From positions 2,232,001-2,296,000 of the forward strand of contig NW_026889750.1 of assembly GCF_033153115.1 (NCBI RefSeq): DNA of 64,000 nt, read 5' to 3'. Shown one piece after another: positions 50,869 to 63,486 of the stretch (its first letter is position 1; each line of letters starts with the position of its first letter). Made by a program: the position numbers and the translations under genes. The notes beneath the pieces are model-generated. The model saw only the letters and a list, made by a program, of their open reading frames with translations, searched no databases and was not told the DNA's origin. The DNA comes from Saccostrea echinata. Its lineage: Eukaryota.

Positions 50869-51614
50869 CCTGAGCATGATTGGATTCTTAAAAATATGAG
50901 AAAACATAAATTCATTTTAACTTTCTTAGTTGAAAAACATATTTTGAAAATAATATATAAATAATAAGCAAAAAAGATGGTACAGATTCTTCTGTGAATA
51001 ACTGTCCTAGGAACAATATCAACATTTCTGATCATTCGTGGAGATACATTAAGAAAAGTATTAATGGACAACGACTTCTTAAATTTTGAGATATTAACTT
51101 CGATTTCTCACCGTGACGACGTTAACAAAAGTTGCAACTTGCTGGACGACCACGCTATTGAATCACAAGAAACCTGATTTTAGTTCCATTTAGACTGTAA
51201 TGTATTTCTGTGTAACTTTGTTGTCCTTAATGCTCACACTTTTAATGTTTAATACAAGTAAATAGAGTTCTAATTTCAGTTTATTCAAATTCTTTTTTTT
51301 TTCTCATAAGGTCTGAAGTTTTCGATTTTGCAATTTTCAAAATAACCATGTTTTCACTGGGAGAAATTGTAGATGTATGCCTGTTGTTTGGCAATATTTA
51401 AATATATGATTTATTATGGACCATATCGCGTTGAAAGTTATATTATTTTGCGATTGTAATACATCCTACATTTCTATGCGTTGTCGTAATGGAAAGGCAA
51501 TGTTAATTTTAAAGAATGCATGAAAGGGAGAATAAAAAGGGAAAGATGATCAATTCGGTTAAGGAAAGGGTCTTGTATCGATAAATATTTGTGGTCAGAC
51601 TCTGTGATATATAT

Positions 51615-51617
<3 letters not shown>

Positions 51618-51650
<33 letters not shown>
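51618..51650. repeat. (GA)n microsatellite
   Basis: Direct reading. Confidence 0.9.
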
Positions 51651-51652
<2 letters not shown>

Positions 51653-52929
51653 AATATGTCATTGTACAGAATAAGTATGCAAATTATACATGTATATCTA
51701 AAGATGCATACCTGTAGAATTCACAGCACTGGAATAATATTGGATTTGGTATTTTAGATAGATGAAGTAATGGGGCAAAAAGATCGGAAATCGTTTATAC
51801 AAGAGATCTGAATTTCTTTTTGAAATTTTTAAAATTAGTATGAAAAAGAGGTAGGACCAAGAACCTTGGACGAGGAAGCATTCCCTGTAGACTGATCACA
51901 CATGTCATGACCTCTGTGCATTGGTCTGATAAATTAATTTATACTCAAAATTAGTGTGATAACAGTTGTCTGACTATTAGTATGAAGGATGTCAGTAAAA
52001 TTGAGACCCAACGATAGATATATATATAGTATTATATAAAACAAGAGTTTTATAACGACTTTAGAATGTGTAAAATGCCTACTTTAAACAAAATATTCAT
52101 TTAAAGTGCACGTTTTCCGAATTACTCTTTAAAAGCGTATTAATAGAATAGTAAATCTTGTCTCGTCGTTCAGAAATGAGAACATCATTTTGCAAAACTG
52201 ATAAAGTGCACAAGTACTCTGTCACAAGGAATAAATGGTAATCAAGGTCGCGTTCCAAATCTAACATAACAGATACAACTTGTCAATTATCTAGCATGCC
52301 AAAAGCACCAAGTTTTCAATTACAGTGGGTTGGTGTATTTCGCTATCTCATTTTCATAAGAAATGCATTATAAATGTTCACTTCCTATATTATTACATAT
52401 TTAAACTTGTAATACAACATGAATAATTAGCCTCCCATCTGACTTTATAATGATGACTGTATATGTAATTGCCATATTATAAAATATGACAAACAGAAGT
52501 AGCAAAACACGTACGGTTGCAGTAGACTTATTAGTAACAGAAAGGTGTCTTTCATATCTCAGGTTAATGCAGGAATTAGTAACTACATAGTTTTCTAATT
52601 ATTCATAAATTGGGCAATTTCTACAGCGAAACGCATTACACAAGTGTCGGATTAAATAGGTTTTACTATATGAATAATAATTTAATTAGAACATTTAATT
52701 TACTAAGTGAATAATTTTTTTTTATTGTTTTACGAATTACTGGTGAAAAAAGAACCATGGGAAGAGACAACCTAAACGAGCTTTGCCTCATCATTACTAA
52801 TTAATTTATGTGCATGATTAGTTTAAGAACCTTTTAAATTTCAATTCACATTTTCGTCTTCAGAACTCTTTCAACTCGATTCCAACATACATATTATAGC
52901 CTTACGCAGGATGTGTCTTAAAACAAGAC

Positions 52930-53170
52930 TACAAATATTGTTTGGCCATTCTTTACACATTGAAATTTTGGATTTTTTCCGTTTACTCGATCATGACAAA
53001 GAGCACACTGCGGGTGTGACCGGTCGACAGGAGATGTTTTATCCTCCATGGCACCTGATCCCGCCTTTGATGTTTTGTGGAGGTCGGTGTTTGTTTTGCT
53101 TTCGATTTACATTGTTTGGATGGACTATATAATTATGAGCTTAAATACTTTTCGTTATCTCCATATTTCA
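52930..53170 (+). mobile_element. Penelope-like 3'-end fragment
   Basis: GCGGGTGTGACCGGTCGACAGGAGATG...CCTCCATGGCACCTGATCCCGCC; older minus-strand copies at ~51845-52100 and ~10360-10410. Confidence 0.7.
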
Positions 53171-54379
53171 CTCTAGATTTTGCTGTAAGGGGCAGATGAG
53201 TCTAAGTGTGACGGTTTGACGTTCAAAGAGGAGATACTGGATTGTGCCGATATTGTTGATGAAACCCCTAGGCCTGATATGAATAAAAGAGAAGTATTTA
53301 TATATTTCAGAATTTGCAGATTTTTAAGGATTGTAAATTAATTATATTTCTTATGAATCAATTTTAAATGGGAATTTTTGACACGAATACATAACCTACT
53401 TTATAAAACTGATATTTTTTTCTTTATTCTTTAGAGTATTAATTAGAACATGTATCCACGACATTATGTCCCAAGTAAGTGATAAAACTTCAACAATTCA
53501 CCAAAATCAGAATGTAAAAAAGCTAATAAATAAATTCCTGATTCTAAAGAGGATGTTGCAAAAACTCGCGATTTTTCCCCATATCGAGGACATTAAAACT
53601 CCAACGACCCATGAGGAGTGATCTCTAAATATAGATACACTACGTACATGTAGATGACTTTATTCATAATACGGGTCCCTGTTAATGCAAAAACACACAA
53701 ACATTTTATGTTTATTTTATGTGCATTTTATCGAACATTTCAAGCACTTGGCGATCTACTGAACTCTATTCGACTCATTAATACTGTATATATACATGTA
53801 GGTGCTACCGCCTCCAAAAGAGGCAAATAAGACAATGCACCTCGACAGTATTTGGAAAATATTATTTATGTTGTAGACAAATTGGGTATGTAATTCTATT
53901 TAAAGAAAAAATTGTATCCCATAACTACATTGCGGATGCTACATCCAAGACATTCATTTGAGATCGGACCATAGTGGAATCGTAAAATACACATATCTTC
54001 ACTTAACTGTCTATATTAGGCTAATGTGCTTACTTTTGAGCTTAATCTGAAAAGCATTTGACTGTCCTGCATAAAGGCTTGGGTTTAATTACACCCCGGA
54101 AGAAGTATAAACTTATCACCAGCATATAATTGTGGTTTTAAATTGTATTACACTTAAAAAAGCCTTAGTTTATGAAAATGTAAACAGCTAGTCCTATTCC
54201 TATATGCATTGGGAAAAGAAAGAAAAATCATTTCAATTCCAAAAGTATTTCAGCAGATTTGTGATGATAAAAAAACACTTCATCTTTGTGACACATCTAT
54301 TTATTTATAGGGCAGATGCCTCATATTTAAACAAAGCATGCGAACCATACTGTCAAAGTAATATCGAAATGAAGTCAGT

Positions 54380-54478
54380 CTAATTTATTCCTAGGTAACT
54401 TCTTAAGCAATCTCTGTCACTACAACAGAAGATTTCCGCATCCGATAGAACATTCTTCATGAAACTGCAGTCTTCTTT
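54380..54478 (-). CDS. Gene A last exon (KEDCSFMKNVLSDAEIFCCSDRDCLRSYLGIN*)
   Basis: tttttgacag acceptor, phase 0, CCxxxxC motif, TAG stop. Confidence 0.88.
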   Translation of the reverse strand, partial: KEDCSFMKNVLSDAEIFCCSDRDCLRSYLGIN

Positions 54479-57400
54479 CTGTCAAAAACACAGCATTTTA
54501 ATACTAAGTAAGTGCTCCATTGTTAGCATTATGATGTTTTATTTAATAGATTTATATCAATACTGTCTTTATTTTGTGGATTCGCAGTTAAGATTTTTTT
54601 ATCTGCTATTTTGTAGGTATCGATAAAATGTAAATCTCCATAGATAACATACATAGAAACACTCTTTGTGCCATGCAGTTCCCGATTTATTCTACACAAA
54701 ATTATCCTGAATAAATTAGATAAATAACTACCAACATGGTAGAGGTTAATTTACACGTCACCTAGCACAATGAAATTACACACATACCAAATGAATAAAC
54801 AATGTATGTCAAAGCCTTAACTAAGTTGAGTGTTTTTTGTTTTTTTTTTAAATTTAAGATATGGCTGATTGGTTCATCAAATATCATGCTGAAGAAGTTT
54901 AAATATTAAATTTTACGTAGATAAACGTATAACATATTACTCTTATACAATGCGTGGTAAACTTAGTTCCTGGATATTGTCGTATCATACAAATCTCTTC
55001 CGGATAACATGTCTGGTTCCATACACAGTTTAATTCTTCATCGCATGTGGGACACTGAAAACCTATAATATCAAAAAAAAAAAAAATGTCTGCAAACTCT
55101 TTTTCCGATTTAATAGGGAAAAAAAAACAGATGAAAACTGGACAAAATATGATCAGAACAAGGTAAAAAGGTAACATTTTGTTTTAGCTAAGGCTTCCAA
55201 ATGCCAAATGCACAAGATAAAAAATTTATNNNNNNNNNNNNNNNNNNNNNNNNNNNNNNNNNNNNNNNNNNNNNNNNNNNNNNNNNNNNNNNNNNNNNNN
55301 NNNNNNNNNNNNNNNNNNNNNNNNNNNNNNNNNNNNNNNNNNNNNNNNNNNNNNNNNGAACAAGATTTTATTTTTAAAAATATGAACTGGGATATTATAT
55401 ATATATGACGCGTTTTTGCTCTTGTGTTGAATGGAAAAGCAAACAGTAATCGATGTAGATTTGTTTTCATGTGTCAACAATTTCTTTGATGCAAATGTTA
55501 CAATGTACCTGTTAATTTGGACCACTGTGTAAGATTTCACAACTATAGATTTGATATTGTGTACAATCTTCAATTAAATTTTGATTTTTTTTTTAAATGT
55601 AAGATGTTATTGAAGCTTTTAAGTATTTTTTATTCAATTGTTTTGTGAAAAATAGTATCAGTTTCTTAAATACTTAATTGCTAGATATTTTTAAAAACGG
55701 TCGCTGCTAGCTAAGAAGCTTTGCTCTCTCTACTTTTAGTACTTGGGTTTTACCATCTGTTGTTGTTGCTGCTGCTGCTGTCGTTAAGCTTATTGTTGTT
55801 ACTGACGTTGTTCTTGTCGTTGTTTCTAAATGTCAATAGAAAGAGAAATTTGCTGATACAACTGGAAACTAACACCAAATTCTTCTAGAACAATGCTTTA
55901 TTTTTTTTTCATTTCACACTTATGTGTGCAAAAGAGGATTACTAATAAGCTGTTGGTTCTGTAAAAATGATGCATCCTACATATTGAAAATATTAATTGA
56001 TTTCAAAGCGATAAAAACATCTTAAAAAATCTTTATCCTACAGAATGATGACACCATTAATTGTCATATTGTTTTCTGTATATCGTAAAAAAATTCTCCT
56101 AACTGGGTATGAAATGATAATGAATTTGAAAAAAAAAGACCAATACTAACTTAAAGATTTAGTTCTAATCACTGTGAAGAAGGTCAACCTATCACGGAGT
56201 CTAAAAATACGTAAAATATGGTAGTGTTCTGTCAAATTTTTGACATCAAGTAGTCATATCCCGTAAATATTTTTTGCGGTATAATATGACCGCAGAATTA
56301 AAATCTCAAAAATTAATTGGTTACCTTTTAAAGGTCAGATCGCCAAAAAATTCAACCGCAGAAAATACCAAATATACGATAATTCTCACTGCTTCTTAAC
56401 CGTCACTTTAGTCTAATAGTAGGACATTCGCTTTGTGATCCGGAGGCCCGGGTTAAATTCTTGCTAGCCGCACCGAGTCAAACCTAAGACTTAAACATAG
56501 GTAGTAACTGTTCCTTCGCTAATCAATTTCATAAGTGAAAGTCACAGGTCTTTAGGATGAGACCTTAAAAACCAGGGTCTCCTTTCACGGTAGGCGTTGG
56601 CACGATAAAGAACTTTCACTGCTCAATGGCGCTCAATACCGAGAAAGGATCTAAATATATCCCTTCACCGGAATGTGGTGACTTCTGTACAAGAGTGAAA
56701 AATTTTCGAATCGGACGTAAACAACATTCAATCAAACAACCAATAATCCAATTTCATTGTGTTTGTTAAGACTTTCATTGAGTACAAGTTAAAGTCAACA
56801 GCCCGAAGTTATGACAAAGTAAATATTAGAGCGATAAAAATAAAACCTAGGATTGCTTATTTATAACAAATTAAGGGGGCATCAAATGTTTTTGGAAAAA
56901 GTTTGAAAAATGCCATTTGGAAGCATATTTAATGTATGAAGCAATCTTGCAAATTCAGCTGTAAGTTATATTCACATATGGGAAGCGAAGTTAGTCAAAT
57001 AACGATCAATCGTTTGAAATAAAATGTAGATAATGATGAGTTCAGAACATTTTCATCACATGTATGAATTTGATCAAGATTTTTGGATTTTTCAGCGTGT
57101 TCAGCGAGAGGTATAAAATAAAAATAAAATATTAATAAAAAAAAAAACACTGAAGGACTGGCCAAGAAATATGTGAGCAATGGCGACGTTTTGTCATTTA
57201 AATTGTACATGGTATACACATTTTATACCATAATATCTGTTATATGAATCCAATTCAAAAAGTTTGATTTTAAATATTTGAGCTGAAATGTTATTAACTG
57301 TATTATTAAGTCTTTGGATATAAACTGTTAATTTTTTCATGATTGATTGATTGATTCTATATTGTTTTACGTCCCATTCGAGAATTTTTCACTCATATAG

Positions 57401-60400
57401 AGACGTCACCATATACCGGTGAAGGGCTTCAAATTTTGACCTTTACTCGGCACTCAGGGCCATTGATCAGTGAGGGATCTTTATCGTGCCAACGCCTGCC
57501 GTGACACGGGGCCTCGGTTTTTAAGGTCTCATCCGAAGGACCCGCAACTTTCACTTCAAAATGCCGAGCGCATGGCGAAGGAACAGTTGCTACCTATTTT
57601 TTATCGACTTAGGTCTGTCGCGGCCGAGATTCGAACTAACGACCTCCCGATCACGGAGCGAGCGCTCTACCGACTGAGCTACCGTGAACGGTCAATTTTT
57701 TTCATTACAAAAGTCAAAACTTAAAAACTTTTCAACATGAAGCGATGTGTAACTAAAACTGTCCATATAGTTTCTTGATGTCGTAGATATCGGTAATTAG
57801 ATGTATAGTGAAAATACCACCAAAAAACACAGATCTGAAATACCCAAAAAGCGACATTGTCCATCTGAACAGAACAGTGGGCAATCCTAAAATGCCGTCG
57901 GATACGAAGTGAATAATAGAATTACATGTATAAGAGGAATTATTGGAACATTTCAAGCTCATTGTATTAGGTGTGTTATAAATGGATTTTTGATGGTGTG
58001 AACAATTTGAGAGACGCTGCAAGAAATGGAATATCATTTTTGTAATTGAACTGAGAATTCATGACGAATTTGCATATCCACCATATTTAAACATTTCCAT
58101 GATTTAACCAATGTAAACATGCTTTGAAATTTGTATTGAAACAATGTCATGAATATGAAATGCGTTTTAAATATGTAGTTAAAACTGAAAGTAAATACCT
58201 ATTAAATACTTAGAGTAATTATGTAGTACCTGCGATTTCGTCACACACGCAGCTGTGTGAATTTTGTAAAAAATCAAAGTGACATCTGCCAGCCGAACTT
58301 TGAGGACAAATACAATGCTTGTGTTCCGTGCAAACTAAAACAAACAAACAAATACCGACAACGAAAACTTCTCATAAAACATGTTTATGAAGAAAAAAAA
58401 AAGATTTTGAGATTTTCCAGCATTTTTGTCAGAATTGATCAGTAAAAATGGACAATAAGTTTTAAATTAGTGTTCACAATTTGGAGTTCTGGACAAAAAG
58501 ATCTTTCCTTCCTGATAATGACTCTTTAAAGTCAATCAAAAGTCCAGATTTATATTCCTTATTTTCTGTATTATTGTTTAAAACAGCAATTACATGTAAC
58601 TGTCGAATAATATTTCACTTACAAAATGATTTTAAACCATCTCCTATTTCTGAAAGTATTTTGTGTGAACTAAAGCTGTATTTGTTGACTTTGTTGAATT
58701 TCGGTGCCAAGGCAATATTATCAGCTAATTACTTTATACTGTCATATTTCTCCACAAGAGAAGATTTAAACAAATAGTTTGTTCATAAACTTTAAAAAAC
58801 TTTTATTCAAATTACTAGTCTTGGATGTTTTGAAAGGCATAAAAGGGAACGGTGAACAATTTTTCTGATTTGTATCTCAAATGGTTAACCTACTCTTATG
58901 AGGAATATAATTATTAAATACTGTCAATTCAGGTATTTTGAAAAAAAGAATACATTTACCTGTGCATTGACATGTTGAAGAATGTTTATCAATATTGCAG
59001 TAAGGATGTTTATGAGAGGGGCAGACGTGGTCACTACAGTCAGTATGATAATGACATGTTGAAAGTGTTGTAGGAATCTCTTCGGTTGCGATTGATGCGG
59101 TTGGCGTACCCACTGGCTTGCGAAAATAAGCTGAATTAACAAATTTGATAAGGATGTTTAAATCTTAACTTAAAGAAAAAAGTATTTTATAAAATAAACA
59201 TGTCTCTTTTTTTTCAATTTCAGTGAATCGCTGAATTGCTCATCTTAATTTTTTCTTTAAAATATTCTGATAACAAAATATACATACATGAATTCGTAAA
59301 ATAAAAGTTGTTTTAAGGGGCATAGACACGTGTTTACATCCTTTAAAATTCTCGATAGAATTTCATGACCTCCATGTTGTTAGAGAGTTTCAGCAAGTGT
59401 GTCTATGTCCCTTTAAGGATGACGTTCACTCAAACGACGAAAAAAAAATCCACTGATAGAAATGAAAAACGATCTATTGTACATTTTAGACCTATGATTG
59501 TAGTGTTGTTTTTCACTTTCAAATAACTAAGTTATGACTGAAATGCGTTCTGTCTGCGTTTCTTCATCCGTTTGACATCCGTTGGAGCTATCCGGTAAGG
59601 TGTGACTGAACCCGTACGCTATGAGCAATGTTTTCTTTATTAACAAAGTATAACAAGTAACAAAAGTTTCTGGACAATGAAATACAATGAAAGTGTGGTT
59701 TTTAAAGCATAGAATCCAATTTTTTCTTCACACGGATTGAGATGAAACTAAAACTATAGGACAGCAAGTCACTCAAATGTTTTCATATACATTCATTTGC
59801 TGTCATTTTGTGTGGTTTCCCCTATGTTGGTTACCAATTTTCAGATTTTCTTCGGATGGTAAAAAAAACCCAAGAATTTTGCCTGATAAAAGTAAAAATG
59901 ATCTCGCAGTCGAATAAAATCGCCTATACGATTGTTCTGAGTTGCAATGCCTACCCAACATTTTTACATCACACAAGTGCATGTACGTGAAGATATTTTC
60001 ATCTTGGTACAAAGGATTTGATGTGAATAAAATGTGAATCTTAGTATTTTATTAACATGTGGTGATAAAAATACCACAAAAATGGCCTTGACGTGACATC
60101 ATATTTGACGTCGTCAAAGGGGAGTAACCAGAATTTTATGATTCTGTAAATTCTTCGAGTTGTCTTTCAAGGAAACGAGGGAATTTTGTTAATAATTCAT
60201 AGCTCTATAGAAAATTTCGAAATATTTAATTTCAATCATTGTATCCTGGTATTTATTCTTTTAGTTTTGTTTTTCACTAGTAAATTCATTTCACCATGCA
60301 TCGGACACAAATTAACCATGCATCGGACGTTGTCCATTGTGGATAATTTACTTCCTTTGTCGTATAGAGATACGTGTATAATACCCATATGACAGTTCCT

Positions 60401-62429
60401 TTTGCAGAAATGAAAAAAATAACTCAATACATTCAGTGTAAATACAATATATCGAAAACTAAAAATGGGCTCTTCTGTATTAATTATATCTTCACACTAG
60501 AATACAATAGCTTCCGAGAGCAAGGCGGAAGTTGCCATATGACGAGGCATGGAAGGGCCTTTCTAAGGCAATGTAATGCGACCATAATCTCTCCACATTT
60601 GCGAATCGATAAAGTCAATCAAATTAAAATAGGGAGTTGATTTTTAAATGAAGCTTAAAAATTTCCTGTCTGTAATTTATAAGGGTTTCAGATCTTTTAA
60701 AGGCCACTGCGATAAAGGAAATTAAAGAGATTATCCGGTTTAGTATATTGTTTGTACGATGCAGTGGTGAATATTGTCCGATCTATGGTGAATTCTGGCT
60801 CATTAAAATCGTTTTTAATGATATTTTCTCAATAAATAGCATTAAACTGTCTCAAATTCATATTTTCATCACGAAATACATGTTAAGCTCCATTTCGATA
60901 CATTCGGTTGTTAGCAATATCGCTTATATTTGTTGCAAGTACGAGGGTGCCCGATGCATGGTGAACTAACCCTAACTATAAAATTAAATTATTATCAAGT
61001 TATTCACATTTATAGATATTATTTACCTTCAGTCGTCGAGGCTAAAAGAAAATATATTAGAAGAATTCGATTACTGTATACACATACACAAATACTGTAC
61101 ATGTATATACTGTATAAACAATATACACATTTGTGAAAAGGGTGAAGATAACGAACAGTGATCGATCTGTGAACAGGGCATAAGACACGGACTCCTGGTC
61201 ATTTCAGAGATGGCATAGATGCCTAGGAGAAGAAAGCATCCCCTGTCGACCGGTCACATCCGCCCTAAGCCCTAATATCGATCAGATAGATGGCATTTTC
61301 CGTAGTCAAATTTAATATAAAAGCCAAGGCCTAGCAATTTGTATGAAAAACGTCATCCAAAATACGACTAAACGATAGATCACATTTGCTTAGCAAAATT
61401 GCATTTCAAAACATGATAACCAGAATATTTCTAAAGAAATGTATAAAAAAAAAAAAGAGGAGAAATTAAAGAAAATATAAAAAATTAATTGTCATTTTGG
61501 TTATTATTTTATAGTTTCAGTAACTTCGTTCTTTTAATGTCGTTTAATTAAATCTACAATACTTTGAAGTTATTCTCTTTTTAGGAATTATTTACCTGTA
61601 GTCGTCGGAGCTAAAAGAAAATATAGTATTGGAAGAATTTGATAACAGTATCATATAAACAGAATATAAATTTATCTTAGAAGAATTGAATTAAAAACAT
61701 GATTAACATGCAGAATTAAAAACAGAAGAGACCAAAATTTTTAAATTTCCTTTCATTTATTTTTTTCTACTTTTATTCACTTTATGTTTTTAATGTCATT
61801 CATATTTTTCCTTACATATTAATTTTTTTCTTTTATTGAAACATTTACCTTCAGTCGTCGTAGCTTAAAGAAATTAATAGAGGAATATGATAAACAATAT
61901 CAAATCAACAGTATATATATATCTATCTTAACAAAATTTCATTTGAAAACATGATTAGCGGAATAATTCTTTCTAGAGCAAATAAAAATTTAAATCAAAA
62001 TAGAAAAAAAAGAATATACCAAAATTTAAAGAGATTTATTTCGATTTATGCTATTTAATGTTAGTTACTTAATCTTTTTAATGTCGTATCTATAGCTAAA
62101 TATGTAATATTAGGAAGTTATTCAAATTTTTAAAAATGATATACCTGTAGTCGTCGGAGCTACAAGAAAATATGTTAGAAGAATTAGATAACCACATCAT
62201 ATAAACAGCATATAGACATGTACAGGTTTCCTAGCAAAATTGCATTTCAAAACATTACTAACATAATATTTGTATAAAGAGTAGAATTAAAAACAGAAGA
62301 AACCAAAATTTAAAATTCATTTATTTATTATTTAATCATTTAACTCTATCTTTTTGATGCCATTTATATTTTCCACAGATTATGAATTTTTTTTACTGAT
62401 AATATATTATATACCTTGAGTCGTCTTAG
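54380..62429 (-). CDS. Gene A (3' part; 5' end beyond window): Thr-rich microexons, 6-Cys module pair, Thr/Ala linker, three-finger (LU-like) domain
   Basis: Exons 62429-62415, 62159-62145, 61863-61849, 61610-61596, 61041-61027, 59112-58960, 58334-58230, 55825-55754, 55062-54941 and 54478-54380 are all GT-AG, phase-compatible and free of internal stops; AATAAA on minus at ~54305-54300. Confidence 0.85.
54941..55062 (-). CDS. Gene A exon (GFQCPTCDEELNCVWNQTCYPEEICMIRQYPGTKFTTHCIR)
   Basis: 122 nt, phase 1-0; with the next exon gives a 10-Cys LU-like pattern. Confidence 0.88.
55230..55357. other. Assembly gap (128 N)
   Basis: Run of N. Confidence 1.
55754..55825 (-). CDS. Gene A exon (ETTTRTTSVTTISLTTAAAATTTD)
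   Basis: 72 nt, phase 1-1, GT-AG. Confidence 0.85.
56400..56745 (+). mobile_element. tRNA-derived SINE (old copy)
   Basis: Decayed tRNA head, GGCACGATAAAGA core, GAGTGAAAAATT..GGACGTAAA and (CAAT/CAAA)n tail. Confidence 0.75.
57341..57693 (-). mobile_element. tRNA-derived SINE (Meta-type core likely)
   Basis: A box GGTAGCTCAGTCGG, B box GTTCGAATC, (CAAT)n tail, TSD AATTTTTT(T)CAT. Confidence 0.9.
58230..58334 (-). CDS. Gene A exon, 6-Cys module type b (CTEHKHCICPQSSAGRCHFDFLQNSHSCVCDEIA)
   Basis: 105 nt, phase 1-1; same C-x5-C-x-C-x7-C...CxC pattern as gene B type b. Confidence 0.88.
58960..59112 (-). CDS. Gene A exon, Thr linker + 6-Cys module type a (GTPTASIATEEIPTTLSTCHYHTDCSDHVCPSHKHPYCNIDKHSSTCQCT)
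   Basis: 153 nt, phase 1-1; shares DC..HVCP....PYC...CxC with gene B type a. Confidence 0.88.
59317..59412. mobile_element. Tiny TTAA-flanked MITE
   Basis: TTAA|GGGGCATAGACAC ... GTGTCTATGTCCCT|TTAA. Confidence 0.65.
61027..62429 (-). repeat. Tandem array of five 15-nt microexons in ~250-300-bp intron-exon units
   Basis: tttcttt(t/a)ag- or ttcttgtag-type acceptors, C(C/T)nnGACGACTnnAG exons, gta(a/t) donors; in transcript order they encode AKTTQ, APTTT, ATTTE, APTTT, ASTTE. Confidence 0.9.
61135..61385 (-). mobile_element. Penelope-like 3'-end fragment in a microexon intron
   Basis: GAAAAGGGTGAAGATAACGAACAGTGATC...GCCTAGGAGAAGAAAGCATCCCCTGTCGACCGGTCACA is the reverse complement of the family's 3' motif. 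Confidence 0.75.
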
Positions 62430-62498
62430 CTAAAAGAAATAAATAGAATATGATAAACGATATCAAATCAACAGAACATGCATATACCATTATCTTAA

Positions 62499-63403
62499 AG
62501 GGGCCTTGACACAGTTGCACTGTCTACAATTTTAAATGTCTAATTTTTTTTATTTCAAAAAGGACACAGTTGCACTGTCTACAATTTTAAATGTCTATTT
62601 TTCATTTCAAAAATTATCCTCAGTTAAAGATTTGAACTTACAAGAGTATTCTAAGAATTCAATGACAACGACATCGCACTAAGCACCTGTGTTTGTGAAC
62701 AGGGCACGAGCTCTGTTATTGTTAGTGTTAACGTTTTATTGGATGTGTTCAATTTGTTTTAGTCTGCACACACCACTGAGCACGAACTGATTGATTGTAT
62801 TTTGTTTTACATCCCGTTCGAGAATTTTTCACTCATATAGAGACGTCACTATATACCGGTGAAAGGCTTCAAATTTAGACCTTTACTAGGCACTCACAGC
62901 CATTGAGCAGTGAGGGTCTTTATCGTGCCAACGCCTACCGTGACACGAGGTCTCGGTTTTTCAGGTCTCATCCGAAGGACACGCAACTTCAAATTGCCGA
63001 GTGCTTGGCAATGGAACAGTTGCTACCTATTTTTGAACGATTTAGCTCAGTCGCGGCCGTGATTCGAACACAAGACCTTCCGATCACGGAGCGAGAGCAC
63101 GGATTGACAATACTGGTGAATTTGTTCTGCTTTTCGCATTTTTAATCTGAACTTTCTGGATTATAGTTTTAATATTTTTTATTAATACACAACAAAACTT
63201 CTACTTTTCTTAAGTATTATGAATAAAGTCTACCTTGTGAAAGTGCAAGGATATGTGTCAATCAAAAACCTCCCAAAAATCGTAGTTTTAATAATTTGCA
63301 GATAAAAGAATTTTTCAACATTTACAGTTGAAAATGCTCTGGCATTATATAAGTTATGATATTATTTAGAAAGTTTTAGCTTCAAAATTCTGTCTGAGCC
63401 CCT
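62499..63403. mobile_element. TTAA-flanked Kolobok-like element containing a SINE
   Basis: TTAA|AGGGGCCTTGACA ... TGTCTGAGCCCCT|TTAA; the flanks rejoin to match the empty site in the sister unit at ~61925. Confidence 0.8.
62788..63095 (-). mobile_element. tRNA-derived SINE, 5'-truncated
   Basis: Aligns with 57341-57693 over ~300 bp. Confidence 0.85.
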
Positions 63404-63486
63404 TTAACAAAGTATCATTTAAAAACATGATTAGCAGAATACTTTTTTCTAAAGCAAATAAAAATTGAAATTAAACTACAAAAAAA

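Noticed and set aside
55153-55573. ORFs spanning the N gap
   Set aside because: Artefacts of N runs lacking stop codons.
61027-62429. Regularly spaced short repeats resembling a CRISPR array
   Set aside because: The repeats are splice-site-flanked microexons, the spacers are ~250-550 bp and homologous to each other, the context is eukaryotic, and there are no cas genes.
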